Shown in pieces: positions 49,195 to 58,594 of a DNA stretch of 64,000 nt. The position numbers were made by a program, and so were the translations under genes. The DNA comes from a virus. The stretch lies in IMG/VR virus record IMGVR_UViG_3300045988_163643, positions 133,825 to 197,824 of that record. One strand, given 5' to 3'. Numbering within the stretch: the first letter of the stretch is position 1; every line of letters begins with the position of its first letter. The notes beneath the pieces are model-generated. The model saw only the letters and a list, made by a program, of their open reading frames with translations. It did not search any database and was not told the DNA's origin.

Positions 49195-52100
49195 AATCAG
49201 GCTGATGGAAGTGGTCGCCAAACATTAAAAATAGGTAGAAATAAAAAAGTAAGATTTAATGGTGAAGTTCAAGCAAAAGACCAAGAAGTTCTTATTTATG
49301 GTGCTCCACATTTAAAAACAATAAGTGGAATGGATGGTATAAAACCACGACATTTATTATTAAATAATGCTCATAAATTAACTGCCGTTGAATGTCCAAA
49401 TAATACAGAACTAATAAATATTCAAATTGATAACTGTTCTTATTTACAAAGATTGGACTTAAGAGGTTGTAGTTCTTTAGGTAATTTAACATCTTCGCAA
49501 GTACTTATAGTTGATGGGTGTAACAATTTAAGATATTTAAATGCATACGGTACAATAATTACATCAATAAGAACCAACCAAGAAGGTGGAAACTTAGTTG
49601 AATTATATGTACCACAAACTTTACAAACATTATCATTAAGAAATCAATATAGTTTAACAACTATAGGAATACCTAATGCTAATGTTCATGGAAATAGTAG
49701 ATTATTTGAACTTAGAAATAAAGCTAGTAAAATAGCAACATTTTCATTAATAAATTGTCCTCTAGTCAATAGATTGACTTATAATTCATCATATAATGTT
49801 AATCATAATTTCTTTGATATACATGGAAATGAAAGAACTTCAAGTGAAATATCTTCTTTAACTTATGTTGAAAAATGGAGAAGATTAATGGATTGGGGAA
49901 ATGGATTAGCTAATGCTAGTGAAATTCATATAGAAAATAGTTGTCTTGATATTGAAGAAATGTCATTTAGAGGTAGTAGTAAATTAGAAAATTTAACATT
50001 AAGAAATTTACCTAATTTAAAGACATTAATGATAGGAGGAAATTGTTCGGGTTATAGATGGAACTCACAAAATAATAATTATGAATCAGATAGATATGAT
50101 ACTTATGGTGAATTTGATTGGTCAGGATTAGTTATAAGAGATTGTCCTAATATAGAAGATTTTAGATTTCAAGAATTATTCCCATTTAATTGGAATGGTG
50201 GTTGGGATGGTAACTTAAGTTATCTTACATTCAAAGAAGGTACTAATTCAATAAATCTTGGTGAAAAATTTCCTAACTTAAAAACATTCTTCTGTAATTT
50301 ACCTACTCAAAATATACATCAAATAATTTTACCTCAATCGTTAACTTGTTTAAATACAAGTGCATGGCAAACAAAACATGATGAAGGTTATCCTCACGAA
50401 GTTAAATTAGAAAAATTTAATATAGATAGTATTTATTTTGAAGGAGAACATACAGATGATTATGTAGGAGTTGATTTAGGGAATCATTTAATGCATGATG
50501 TTAGAATAGTAGCACCTTATTCAACTGAACTAGTAGGATTAAATATTAAAAATGAATGGGTTAATCCTATATTTCAAACATTTAAAGAAGATGGTCATGA
50601 AGCAAGACCTTCATTAACACCTCAAGGTAAAATTGATTTATCTGAATTTAAATGGAAAAGGATATCAAATTGGTTTCAATATATCGACTTTACTAAAGGA
50701 ACTTGTGAAGTGGTACAACCTACTAATTGGGATAGTTTCTTGAAAAATATTGAAAGAGCTGGTGGTATGTTCTATCGTTGTAAGAATCCTAATTTCACTT
50801 GGGAATTTGCAATGAAATTCTTTGGTAAAATGGCTGATACAAGTGATAAAAATACAATGTATAAATATGCACAATTGAAAGAACAAACTAGTTTTGAAGA
50901 AGATGCAGTAGATATGATTTCTAGTAAAAATGCATTTTATTATGATTATCAAGCTAGACCATTTCAAGGAACTAATTTAAAATATGTTAAATCTATACAA
51001 TTAACAGGAACTGATGGATGTTATGGTTTATTTTATGATTGTGAAAGTATTATAAAAGTTGGAAACATAAGTATGACTGGAAATAATAATAACTGGTATG
51101 GTAATGGTGATATGTTTAATGGAGCTATAAATCTTGAAGAAGTAGGAAATATTTATTCAACAAGAAATAAAGAAAATGGAACTGCAATTAATGGCAGTTG
51201 GTATTTTCAAAATTGTAAAAAATTAAGAAAAATAGGTAGAATTGACATGTCGTTAAATAATGGCAATTATATGTTTGATGGATGCATTTCTTTAGTAGAT
51301 GGAAGTATAGAACAATTGCCATATACTGGGGATATGACAACTGCTTATTCCATGTTTAGAAATACTAGATTTACAACAATTGAGTTAGAAAACTTATCTA
51401 GCTTAGAAAATGCAGATAATATGTTTTCTGCTAATCCTAATTTAAAAACAATTCATTTACCAAATATAGGCAGAACAAGTCCTTTAAATAATTTAACAAA
51501 TACATTTAATAGTGATAGTTCTTTAACAAAAATAACAATTGAAGGAGATACTTTGCCAATTGGATTAAAAAGTATGGCTGGTACTTTTAATGGTTGTATT
51601 TCATTGACTTCATTACCACCAATTCCTCAAGATTTTACTTATGATATAAATATGCAATATTGTTGTTATAATTGTGATTCTTTAACTGATGATACAATTT
51701 ATAAGGTAATACCATATAGATGTACACATACTCAATACATGTACTCTCATTGTGATGGATTAATTAATCCAGTAGTAGAAGTTAAATCAGATAATGTTTA
51801 CGCTAGACAAATGTTTGAACGTTGTAAAAATATTAAAACATTAACAGTTAATTTTACAGGTAGATTGTTAAGAGAAAGTATGTATTTTGCTCAATATTGT
51901 ACAAATATGACAGAATTTAACATGAAGTTTCCAGATTCTTTATATATGCATGATTACTATGAAACAGGTGTCGGTCATTATAATATGTTAGAGTATTGTG
52001 AAAATTTATCTATTGTAAATTTAGATATGAGTAGTTTATCAAAAACTAACACTAGAAGTGATTTTGGTGCTATGTTTTATCAAGATAAACATATTACAGA

Positions 52101-52458
52101 AATACATGGATTAGATTTAACATATTTAAAGAAATTTACACATCCATTAACTAATGGTGGGCAAAATCATTATGATTGGCATAATGATTCTATCACATAT
52201 GGTGGTTCATATGATGACTTAAGGGTATTTGAATTAACTGGTAAATTAAATACAAGTTATAACTTTAGAAATATAACTACAATAACACATACTAAAGAAA
52301 TATTAAAACATCTTGATGTTGTTACTAATGAAACTTTAGGTTTGACTTATAATATTATGGATGCTATTGATGATGAATTAAATGAATATGTTGACCCTGA
52401 ATTAAAACAATTAGCTCTTACTGCAAGAGATAATGGATGGACTTTTGTAGTTGTATAG
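49195..52458 (+). CDS. CotH-like giant protein, exon 3 of 3 (leucine-rich / BspA-type repeat region)
   Basis: NQADGSGRQTLKIGRNKKVRF... is open in frame 135 nt upstream of the track start at 49330. LRR-like LxLxxC segments and repeated MF.(G/R)C motifs (MFYRC, MFNGA, MFDGC, MFSAN, TFNGC, MFERC). The three exons total 6,429 nt, or 2,142 codons. Confidence 0.7.
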   Translation, partial: NQADGSGRQTLKIGRNKKVRFNGEVQAKDQEVLIYGAPHLKTISGMDGIKPRHLLLNNAHKLTAVECPNNTELINIQIDNCSYLQRLDLRGCSSLGNLTSSQVLIVDGCNNLRYLNAYGTIITSIRTNQEGGNLVELYVPQTLQTLSLRNQYSLTTIGIPNANVHGNSRLFELRNKASKIATFSLINCPLVNRLTYNSSYNVNHNFFDIHGNERTSSEISSLTYVEKWRRLMDWGNGLANASEIHIENSCLDIEEMSFRGSSKLENLTLRNLPNLKTLMIGGNCSGYRWNSQNNNYESDRYDTYGEFDWSGLVIRDCPNIEDFRFQELFPFNWNGGWDGNLSYLTFKEGTNSINLGEKFPNLKTFFCNLPTQNIHQIILPQSLTCLNTSAWQTKHDEGYPHEVKLEKFNIDSIYFEGEHTDDYVGVDLGNHLMHDVRIVAPYSTELVGLNIKNEWVNPIFQTFKEDGHEARPSLTPQGKIDLSEFKWKRISNWFQYIDFTKGTCEVVQPTNWDSFLKNIERAGGMFYRCKNPNFTWEFAMKFFGKMADTSDKNTMYKYAQLKEQTSFEEDAVDMISSKNAFYYDYQARPFQGTNLKYVKSIQLTGTDGCYGLFYDCESIIKVGNISMTGNNNNWYGNGDMFNGAINLEEVGNIYSTRNKENGTAINGSWYFQNCKKLRKIGRIDMSLNNGNYMFDGCISLVDGSIEQLPYTGDMTTAYSMFRNTRFTTIELENLSSLENADNMFSANPNLKTIHLPNIGRTSPLNNLTNTFNSDSSLTKITIEGDTLPIGLKSMAGTFNGCISLTSLPPIPQDFTYDINMQYCCYNCDSLTDDTIYKVIPYRCTHTQYMYSHCDGLINPVVEVKSDNVYARQMFERCKNIKTLTVNFTGRLLRESMYFAQYCTNMTEFNMKFPDSLYMHDYYETGVGHYNMLEYCENLSIVNLDMSSLSKTNTRSDFGAMFYQDKHITEIHGLDLTYLKKFTHPLTNGGQNHYDWHNDSITYGGSYDDLRVFELTGKLNTSYNFRNITTITHTKEILKHLDVVTNETLGLTYNIMDAIDDELNEYVDPELKQLALTARDNGWTFVVV

Positions 52459-52470
52459 GAGAGTGATAAA

Positions 52471-53043
52471 ATGAAAATTTATGTAAATAATTTAGGAATA
52501 ACTTGTGTTGAACCTGATGAAGGATATCTTCTTAAAAAAGGAGATATGATATGTAAAAAAGCATACCTAGGTATCAATGATAGAGCTGAATTATATGAAC
52601 AAATAGTTGATGAAAATTATGTTTATAAAGAAAAAGATGAAAAAGAAGAAGTAACGGAAACTTCTTCTTTAGATTCTATTAAGACTGAATTAATTAAATT
52701 AAGTAAATCAAAGTTATCTACTTACTTAGAAGAACATCCTTTATTTTCTAAAGCTAAATATGAAGATGGTAGATATTATAATGTAGATAGCGACCATCAA
52801 TCAAGAATTGCTTCACAATTATTATTATATCAAGGTAATATGTCTTTAGGTTTAGAGTATCAATTAACATGGAATGATACAGGTAGTGTATGTGAAAATT
52901 GGACTTTTGAAGAATTGTTTAGATTATCCAATGAAATAAATGCTTATATAAAACCGATAATAAAAAAACAACAAGAAATAGAAGTAGATATAAGAAATAC
53001 TAAAACTAAAGAAGAATTAGATAAAATAGAAATAAAATATTAA
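52471..53043 (+). CDS. hypothetical protein (possibly fibre-associated/assembly)
   Basis: 190-aa ORF with a GGAGAG RBS immediately after the giant gene. No motif that I can name with confidence. Confidence 0.55.
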   Translation: MKIYVNNLGITCVEPDEGYLLKKGDMICKKAYLGINDRAELYEQIVDENYVYKEKDEKEEVTETSSLDSIKTELIKLSKSKLSTYLEEHPLFSKAKYEDGRYYNVDSDHQSRIASQLLLYQGNMSLGLEYQLTWNDTGSVCENWTFEELFRLSNEINAYIKPIIKKQQEIEVDIRNTKTKEELDKIEIKY

Positions 53044-53063
53044 CAAGTGTAAAAGTCTTATTA

Positions 53064-53099
53064 TACCTATGAGAGTAAATACTTTCATAGGTATTTTTT
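53064..53099 (+). terminator. rho-independent terminator
   Basis: Stem ACCTATGAGAG / CTTTCATAGGT followed by TTTTTT. It is preceded by the AAAAGTCTTATTATAC motif. Confidence 0.75.
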
Positions 53100-53167
53100 A
53101 TTTGAAAAAAAATAAAAAATAGATGAGAACTTCCGGCTCATTTATTTAAAGAAATTTGGTGATAATA

Positions 53168-53560
53168 ATGAAAAATAATACAATTAAAGACATAATATTA
53201 TTTGTAATATTTGGTTTATTATATTGTGGACTTGAAATATTATGGAGAGGATATACACATCCATCTATGTTTGTAGTAGGTGGCATATGTTGTTTACTAG
53301 TTGGATTGATTAATGAAATAACTCCTAATATGCCTATGTGGTTACAATGTTTATTAAGTGCTATTATCATAACAATAATAGAATTTTTAAGTGGATGTAT
53401 TCTTAATTTATGGTTAAATTTAAGTGTATGGAATTATACAAATATGCCATTGAATCTATTAGGGCAAGTATGTTTACCTTTTTCAGTAGCATGGTTTTTC
53501 TTATCATATATAGCTATAAAACTAGATGATTGGCTAAGAAGAATATTATTTCATGAATAA
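53168..53560 (+). CDS. small integral membrane protein (about 4 TM segments)
   Basis: Hydrophobic stretches IILFVIFGLLYCGL, MFVVGGICCLLVGLI, LQCLLSAIIITIIEFLSGCIL and VCLPFSVAWFFLSYIAI. ATG 53168 is preferred over the TTG at 53156. Confidence 0.6.
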   Translation: MKNNTIKDIILFVIFGLLYCGLEILWRGYTHPSMFVVGGICCLLVGLINEITPNMPMWLQCLLSAIIITIIEFLSGCILNLWLNLSVWNYTNMPLNLLGQVCLPFSVAWFFLSYIAIKLDDWLRRILFHE

Positions 53561-53588
53561 GTAACTATTAATAAAAGTCTTATTATAC

Positions 53589-53624
53589 TCATGTAAAGAG
53601 TTATTTCTTTACATGAGTTTTTTT
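53589..53624 (+). terminator. rho-independent terminator
   Basis: Stem CTCATGTAAAG / CTTTACATGAG followed by TTTTTTT. It is preceded by AAAAGTCTTATTATAC. Confidence 0.8.
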
Positions 53625-53648
53625 ATTTAAAATTAAGGAGATGATAAA

Positions 53649-54035
53649 ATGAGAGTAAATTTAACAATAGATAATAAAGATAAAATTATTGAATTTCATT
53701 ATAAGAAGGTGAAAGGAAATATTACAATTAAATTCATTGACGATGATACTGGTGAAGTTATAAAAACAAAAATATTATCTGATTTAGAACTTGGTACACA
53801 TAATATAAAACCTACAGAAATAGAAGGGTACAAATTCGTAGGGGAAGAGATTGTTGAAGAAATAGAAGAAGACGAAGAAGATTATGATGAAGAATACGAT
53901 GAAGATGAAATAGATGATGATGAATATGACGAAGAGATAGAAGAAGATGATGATGAAATAGAAGAATTAGAAGACGACGAATTAGATTCTATTAAAAAAT
54001 TTGTAGATGGATTAAGTGGAAAGGATGGGAAATAA
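53649..54035 (+). CDS. MucBP-like beta domain fused to a polyacidic tail
   Basis: GNITIKFIDDDTGEVIKTKILSDLELGTHNIKPTEIEGYKFVGEE followed by about 45 residues that are almost all E/D (EEIEEDEEDYDEEYDEDEIDDDEYDEEIEEDDDEIEELEDDELD). Confidence 0.6.
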   Translation: MRVNLTIDNKDKIIEFHYKKVKGNITIKFIDDDTGEVIKTKILSDLELGTHNIKPTEIEGYKFVGEEIVEEIEEDEEDYDEEYDEDEIDDDEYDEEIEEDDDEIEELEDDELDSIKKFVDGLSGKDGK

Positions 54036-54419
54036 ATGGATAATAAAGAATTATTAGAACAATTAAAAAAATGTCTTAGCATATGTGATAGTTTAAAAGC
54101 TGAGAAAGAAGAATTAATACGACAATTAGAAGAAGAAAAACAAACAAATGAACAATTATCTAAAACTTTAGTTGAAGCAAACAATGCAGTCGTTGAAACA
54201 ATAGATGTCTTAGGTAAAACAAATAATTCTATTATGGAATTTAAAGAAGGCGTTTTAAATTATCAAGCTTATGTAACGGTTTCATTAGATAATATGTATA
54301 AAAAGGTTAATAGTATCATAGAAAATGAAGAAGTAAGAAAAGAAGATTTAAGTAAATTTAAAGACGAAGTAGAAAATGTAATAAAAGAATTAGAAGAATT
54401 AAATAAAGAATTAAGCTGA
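54036..54419 (+). CDS. coiled-coil protein, unknown function
   Basis: 127-aa ORF abutting the previous stop, with heptad-like E/K/L-rich sequence. Confidence 0.55.
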   Translation: MDNKELLEQLKKCLSICDSLKAEKEELIRQLEEEKQTNEQLSKTLVEANNAVVETIDVLGKTNNSIMEFKEGVLNYQAYVTVSLDNMYKKVNSIIENEEVRKEDLSKFKDEVENVIKELEELNKELS

Positions 54420-54429
54420 GGTGAATTCA

Positions 54430-55374
54430 ATGGATAAAAAAGAAAAAGAAGATGATAAAAAAGTAGATGTGCTTAGCAGTTCTTTATCAACAACAGTTAA
54501 GAAAAATTACGCAATGGAACAAAGTAAAATTAAATTATTTTGGAATAAAGGAATCACTGGAGAAGGAATAAAAGTTGGAATAGTTGACACAGGTTTACAA
54601 TTAGACCATCCTATGTATAATGGAAAAATATTATGTGGTAAAAATTTCTCTAATGATGGTAATTCTGAAGATAATTTATCTAGTAATCATTATCATGGAA
54701 CTGCCGTAACATCTTTAGTATGTGGCGATTATATGAATTATCAAGCTTATGGTATAGCACCTGATTGTAAAATTGTAATAGGTAAAGCTATGAATGATAA
54801 AGGTGTAGGTAATGCTACTAATATAGCCAATGCAATAACATATTGTGTACAACAAGGAGTAGATATAATAAATTGTTCTTTGGGGTGTGTAGATGATACA
54901 CAAGTATTAAGAAATGCTGTAAATTTAGCAGTTTCAAATGGTATATCAATAGTTTGTGCTAGTGGTAATGATGGGCATAATGATACAGATGGAAGTGTTA
55001 GAGAAGTAAGATACCCAGGTGCTTATGGTGAAAGTATTTGTGTAGGTGCAATAGATATAAATTTTAAGGTAACTGATTTTAGTAATTCAAATGAATTTGT
55101 TGATGTTGTAGCACCAGGACAAGATATATTATGTGCCTATCCTGGTGATAAATATGCCATAATAAGTGGAACTTCATTTGCTACACCTATAATAAGTGGA
55201 ATATTAGCATTACTTAAACAAAAATTTAGAATAGACTTTAAAAGAGACCCAGTTGAATCAGAATTATATGGTATGTTATTAAAATATACCAGAGAGATTA
55301 AAGGAGTTCCAAGAAGTATGCAAGGGAACGGTTACATAGATTGTTCAATACGTAGGGAAAAAATTATAAAATAA
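54430..55374 (+). CDS. subtilisin-like serine protease (peptidase S8)
   Basis: Catalytic triad contexts VGIVDTGL (Asp), NHYHGTAVTSL (His) and ISGTSFATPIISG (Ser). ATG 54430 follows a GAGGTG RBS. Confidence 0.85.
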   Translation: MDKKEKEDDKKVDVLSSSLSTTVKKNYAMEQSKIKLFWNKGITGEGIKVGIVDTGLQLDHPMYNGKILCGKNFSNDGNSEDNLSSNHYHGTAVTSLVCGDYMNYQAYGIAPDCKIVIGKAMNDKGVGNATNIANAITYCVQQGVDIINCSLGCVDDTQVLRNAVNLAVSNGISIVCASGNDGHNDTDGSVREVRYPGAYGESICVGAIDINFKVTDFSNSNEFVDVVAPGQDILCAYPGDKYAIISGTSFATPIISGILALLKQKFRIDFKRDPVESELYGMLLKYTREIKGVPRSMQGNGYIDCSIRREKIIK

Positions 55375-55392
55375 ATAGAAAGGAGAAATAAA

Positions 55393-56571
55393 ATGTTTGA
55401 TAAGGATAATAAATTTGGATTTATTAGTAATAATGAAAATTCAAATAATAACATAGAAGGATTAGATAAAATTAAGACAGATATAAATAATATTAAAAGT
55501 GATTTAGGTGATGAAGAATTAACTACTGTTAATAAAGATGTTAAAGGTGCGATAAATGAAGTTAATGCACAATATAAAGATATTGCGAAAAATAAACAAA
55601 TATTGTTAGTAACTCAAGAACAATATGAAAATCTTATCTCTGGTAAAGACGTTACTATTGATGGTGTCAAATATACTTATGATGAAAACATTATATATGG
55701 AATAACAGACGATATTGCTTCTAATAATATACTAACTAGCCCTAATGGGACAGAATATATTCTCAAAGTCGACGACAATGGTAATCTATCTACCGAAATA
55801 AAACCAATAATTTGTACTTCTGTATCACTAAATAAATCCAACTTGACTTTTAATTCGAAGTCTGAACAGACATTAACTGCCACATTTACTCCAGTTAATA
55901 CTTCTGAAGGTAAAGTTTGGAGTTCAAGTAATGAGTCTGTAGCAAAAGTAGCAAATGGTATTGTGACTCCTGTTTCTAATGGTCAATGCACTATAAAAAT
56001 AACTTGTGGAACAAAAAGTGCTACTTGTTCAGTAGTTATAAATATGCCTGTAGAAATTAAAGACTTTACAAATTATGCTTATAATACAGATACTTTTACA
56101 AATCCTACTTCAACTAATCTACAAAATAACAAGACTTATTATACGATATATAATTTGAACAAAACTATAAATGATGGAGTAATGACATTAACAAAAAAAG
56201 ATAACTTAACATCAAACGATAACGCTTATTTATTAATAAAATTAGGAATTGCTGATAATAATACTTATTATTGTAGAGCTAAAATTAAAACTAATGGTAG
56301 TCAGCTTACAGCCGGAAATAATCAAAAACAAGATAAAGATAGTGTCCTTAATGATGGAGAATGGCATTTAGTAAGTTATATTTTTAAAGATAGTAATGCT
56401 AATATGAATAGTTTTACTATTGAATGTGCAACTTTAAATAGTGGAGAATCTGTTCAAATCAAAGAACTTATGAAAATTAATTTAACTGAGATATATGGAA
56501 TTAACGATGAGCCGACGAAGGAAGTTTGTGATACTATATTTACTACTTATAAAACTGGATTAATAGGGTAG
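55393..56571 (+). CDS. fibre-like protein with Big_2 domain and C-terminal putative binding domain
   Basis: N-terminal ...VKGAINEVNAQYKDI fibre motif. Big_2-like SLNKSNLTFNSKSEQTLTATFTPVN...VAKVANGIVTPVSNGQCTIKITCG. Confidence 0.6.
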   Translation: MFDKDNKFGFISNNENSNNNIEGLDKIKTDINNIKSDLGDEELTTVNKDVKGAINEVNAQYKDIAKNKQILLVTQEQYENLISGKDVTIDGVKYTYDENIIYGITDDIASNNILTSPNGTEYILKVDDNGNLSTEIKPIICTSVSLNKSNLTFNSKSEQTLTATFTPVNTSEGKVWSSSNESVAKVANGIVTPVSNGQCTIKITCGTKSATCSVVINMPVEIKDFTNYAYNTDTFTNPTSTNLQNNKTYYTIYNLNKTINDGVMTLTKKDNLTSNDNAYLLIKLGIADNNTYYCRAKIKTNGSQLTAGNNQKQDKDSVLNDGEWHLVSYIFKDSNANMNSFTIECATLNSGESVQIKELMKINLTEIYGINDEPTKEVCDTIFTTYKTGLIG

Positions 56572-56579
56572 GTGAGAAT

Positions 56580-58535
56580 ATGTTGTACAAAAATAGAAAT
56601 AAAATATCTAAATTTATATATAGGGGTAATCCTATAAAATTAATACTTCCTAATAAAAATACTCATATCCCCCCTATTAGTCCAACAGAATATTGGGAAG
56701 CACCAATACAAGAAGCATCAACATATAAACCTTGGAGTTATTCAGAGTTGATTTCTAAATATGATGAACTTGTAGCACAATCACCTAATTATATAACAAA
56801 ATATAGATATGAAAAAAATGGAGTTCCAGTATTAACAAAAAATGGCAATTTCGAAATGTTTCATTATGTTCTAGAACCTGAAAAATATACCAAAACATTC
56901 TTTATACAAGCTGGTATACATGGCAATGAAATGGATGCGAAACAACAACTTCTAAAAGTGGTTAATATACTTGTAAATAAAGTTAATGAACCTGGATACG
57001 AGAATTGGAAAAATATTAGAAATAATGTAAGGCTGGTTATAATACCCTGTGTCTCACCTTATGGTCACGAAACTAGTACTATGAATATACCTTATAATGA
57101 TGCTCAAGGAGGCATAAATCCAAATAGGAACTACGATTTTAACCATCAATATGCAATACCAGGTACCGGTGTAGGTGGAAGTATTGTTATGGAGTTAGAA
57201 GAATGTCAACACACTTTTGATGTTATGAATAAAATAGGAGTTGAAAATATAGATTATGCCATGGATTGGCATGATGGAGGAGCTATTCAGAAGCACTTTT
57301 GGATTAATTACAGTGTAGATGGATATAATAGAAATATGGTTAATAATTTAGTGGCTCATTTTATTGATAAATTTAATATAGAAAGCCCAATTATACCAGA
57401 TTGTAAAGATGGAGCTACAACAGGTATTGCGTCAATGTTTTTCGCTAAATCTTTAGGATTAAATGGTAGCGTTGTTGAATGGTTAGGTGGATTACTAGGT
57501 TATGATTTCCAAAGTGACCAAATGACAAAAAGTTTAGAATTAAGAGGTAATATGATATTACAAGCTTACAAATTAAATAAAAAGGGTTGGGAAATATATG
57601 AAGAACCATCGCAACAATATTTTAAATTTGATTATCCTAAAGCGTTTACAGTAGATAGTCTTAGAAAAGATGAAGCAGAAGATGTAACTAAAGTTACAGA
57701 TGATAAAATTTATTCAAGATGGGATAAATTACAAATTAAATACCCTTCATTAATAACTAAATCAGCTAAACTTGGTTTAAGTTCGGCTGGTCAACCTATA
57801 TATACTTATACATTTGGTACTGGTAGTCAAAAAGTATTATATATTGGTGGAGTAATGAGATATGGAGGGACACATAAAATCGATGAATTTGCAATATATG
57901 AACTTATAGAATATTTATGCAATGACTATATCGTTAAACAATCAAGATTTTTGCGAGATTTGAAAGATAATTATAAGATTATAGTACTCCCTTGCATTGA
58001 TAATGTTGCCACAAATAATTCAGAACAAGGAAAAAATGGAATTAATAATATGATATTAAATAGAGATAAATGGGAAATTGTAAATGGAAAATGTCAACCT
58101 ACAGCATATGCGTTAAGTGTCCATGATGTACCTATTGTAAAGAATATAATAGATAGTAACAAAGATTTAAAAGTTATAGTCAGTGGAGGAGAAATAATGA
58201 CTGGGTATTCCCTAAATACCCAAGACTATTTAACTGATTATGAGACAAGTATAATTGTACCTAAAAACCAAAGCATTTCAAATTTAACAAATTATAAAAC
58301 ATATCTTGAAAATGATAGAGATGAAGATGTAGTAATTGAAACTACTAAAGGTACTACTTTTGGCGATTATGCTTACGACAATTATCAAATACCTACATAT
58401 TATGTTCAACTTAAAGTTTCTAAAAAATTCATTAAATTATCAGAATACCATAATTTAACTGAAGATGAATATTTATATTGTAATTATGAAGCAGGAAGAA
58501 GAATGTCAAACATAGTTAACTTATTCTTAATATAA
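56580..58535 (+). CDS. tandem M14-like zinc carboxypeptidase domains (second copy degenerate)
   Basis: First domain FFIQAGIHGNEMDAKQ (HxxE zinc motif)...NPNRNYDF...DWHDGG. Second domain VLYIGGVMRYGGTHKIDEF lacks the HxxE motif. Confidence 0.6.
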   Translation: MLYKNRNKISKFIYRGNPIKLILPNKNTHIPPISPTEYWEAPIQEASTYKPWSYSELISKYDELVAQSPNYITKYRYEKNGVPVLTKNGNFEMFHYVLEPEKYTKTFFIQAGIHGNEMDAKQQLLKVVNILVNKVNEPGYENWKNIRNNVRLVIIPCVSPYGHETSTMNIPYNDAQGGINPNRNYDFNHQYAIPGTGVGGSIVMELEECQHTFDVMNKIGVENIDYAMDWHDGGAIQKHFWINYSVDGYNRNMVNNLVAHFIDKFNIESPIIPDCKDGATTGIASMFFAKSLGLNGSVVEWLGGLLGYDFQSDQMTKSLELRGNMILQAYKLNKKGWEIYEEPSQQYFKFDYPKAFTVDSLRKDEAEDVTKVTDDKIYSRWDKLQIKYPSLITKSAKLGLSSAGQPIYTYTFGTGSQKVLYIGGVMRYGGTHKIDEFAIYELIEYLCNDYIVKQSRFLRDLKDNYKIIVLPCIDNVATNNSEQGKNGINNMILNRDKWEIVNGKCQPTAYALSVHDVPIVKNIIDSNKDLKVIVSGGEIMTGYSLNTQDYLTDYETSIIVPKNQSISNLTNYKTYLENDRDEDVVIETTKGTTFGDYAYDNYQIPTYYVQLKVSKKFIKLSEYHNLTEDEYLYCNYEAGRRMSNIVNLFLI

Positions 58536-58594
58536 TATACACAATATGAATCAATTGCGTAATTAAAAATTATAAAATATAAGGTGGTGATAAA

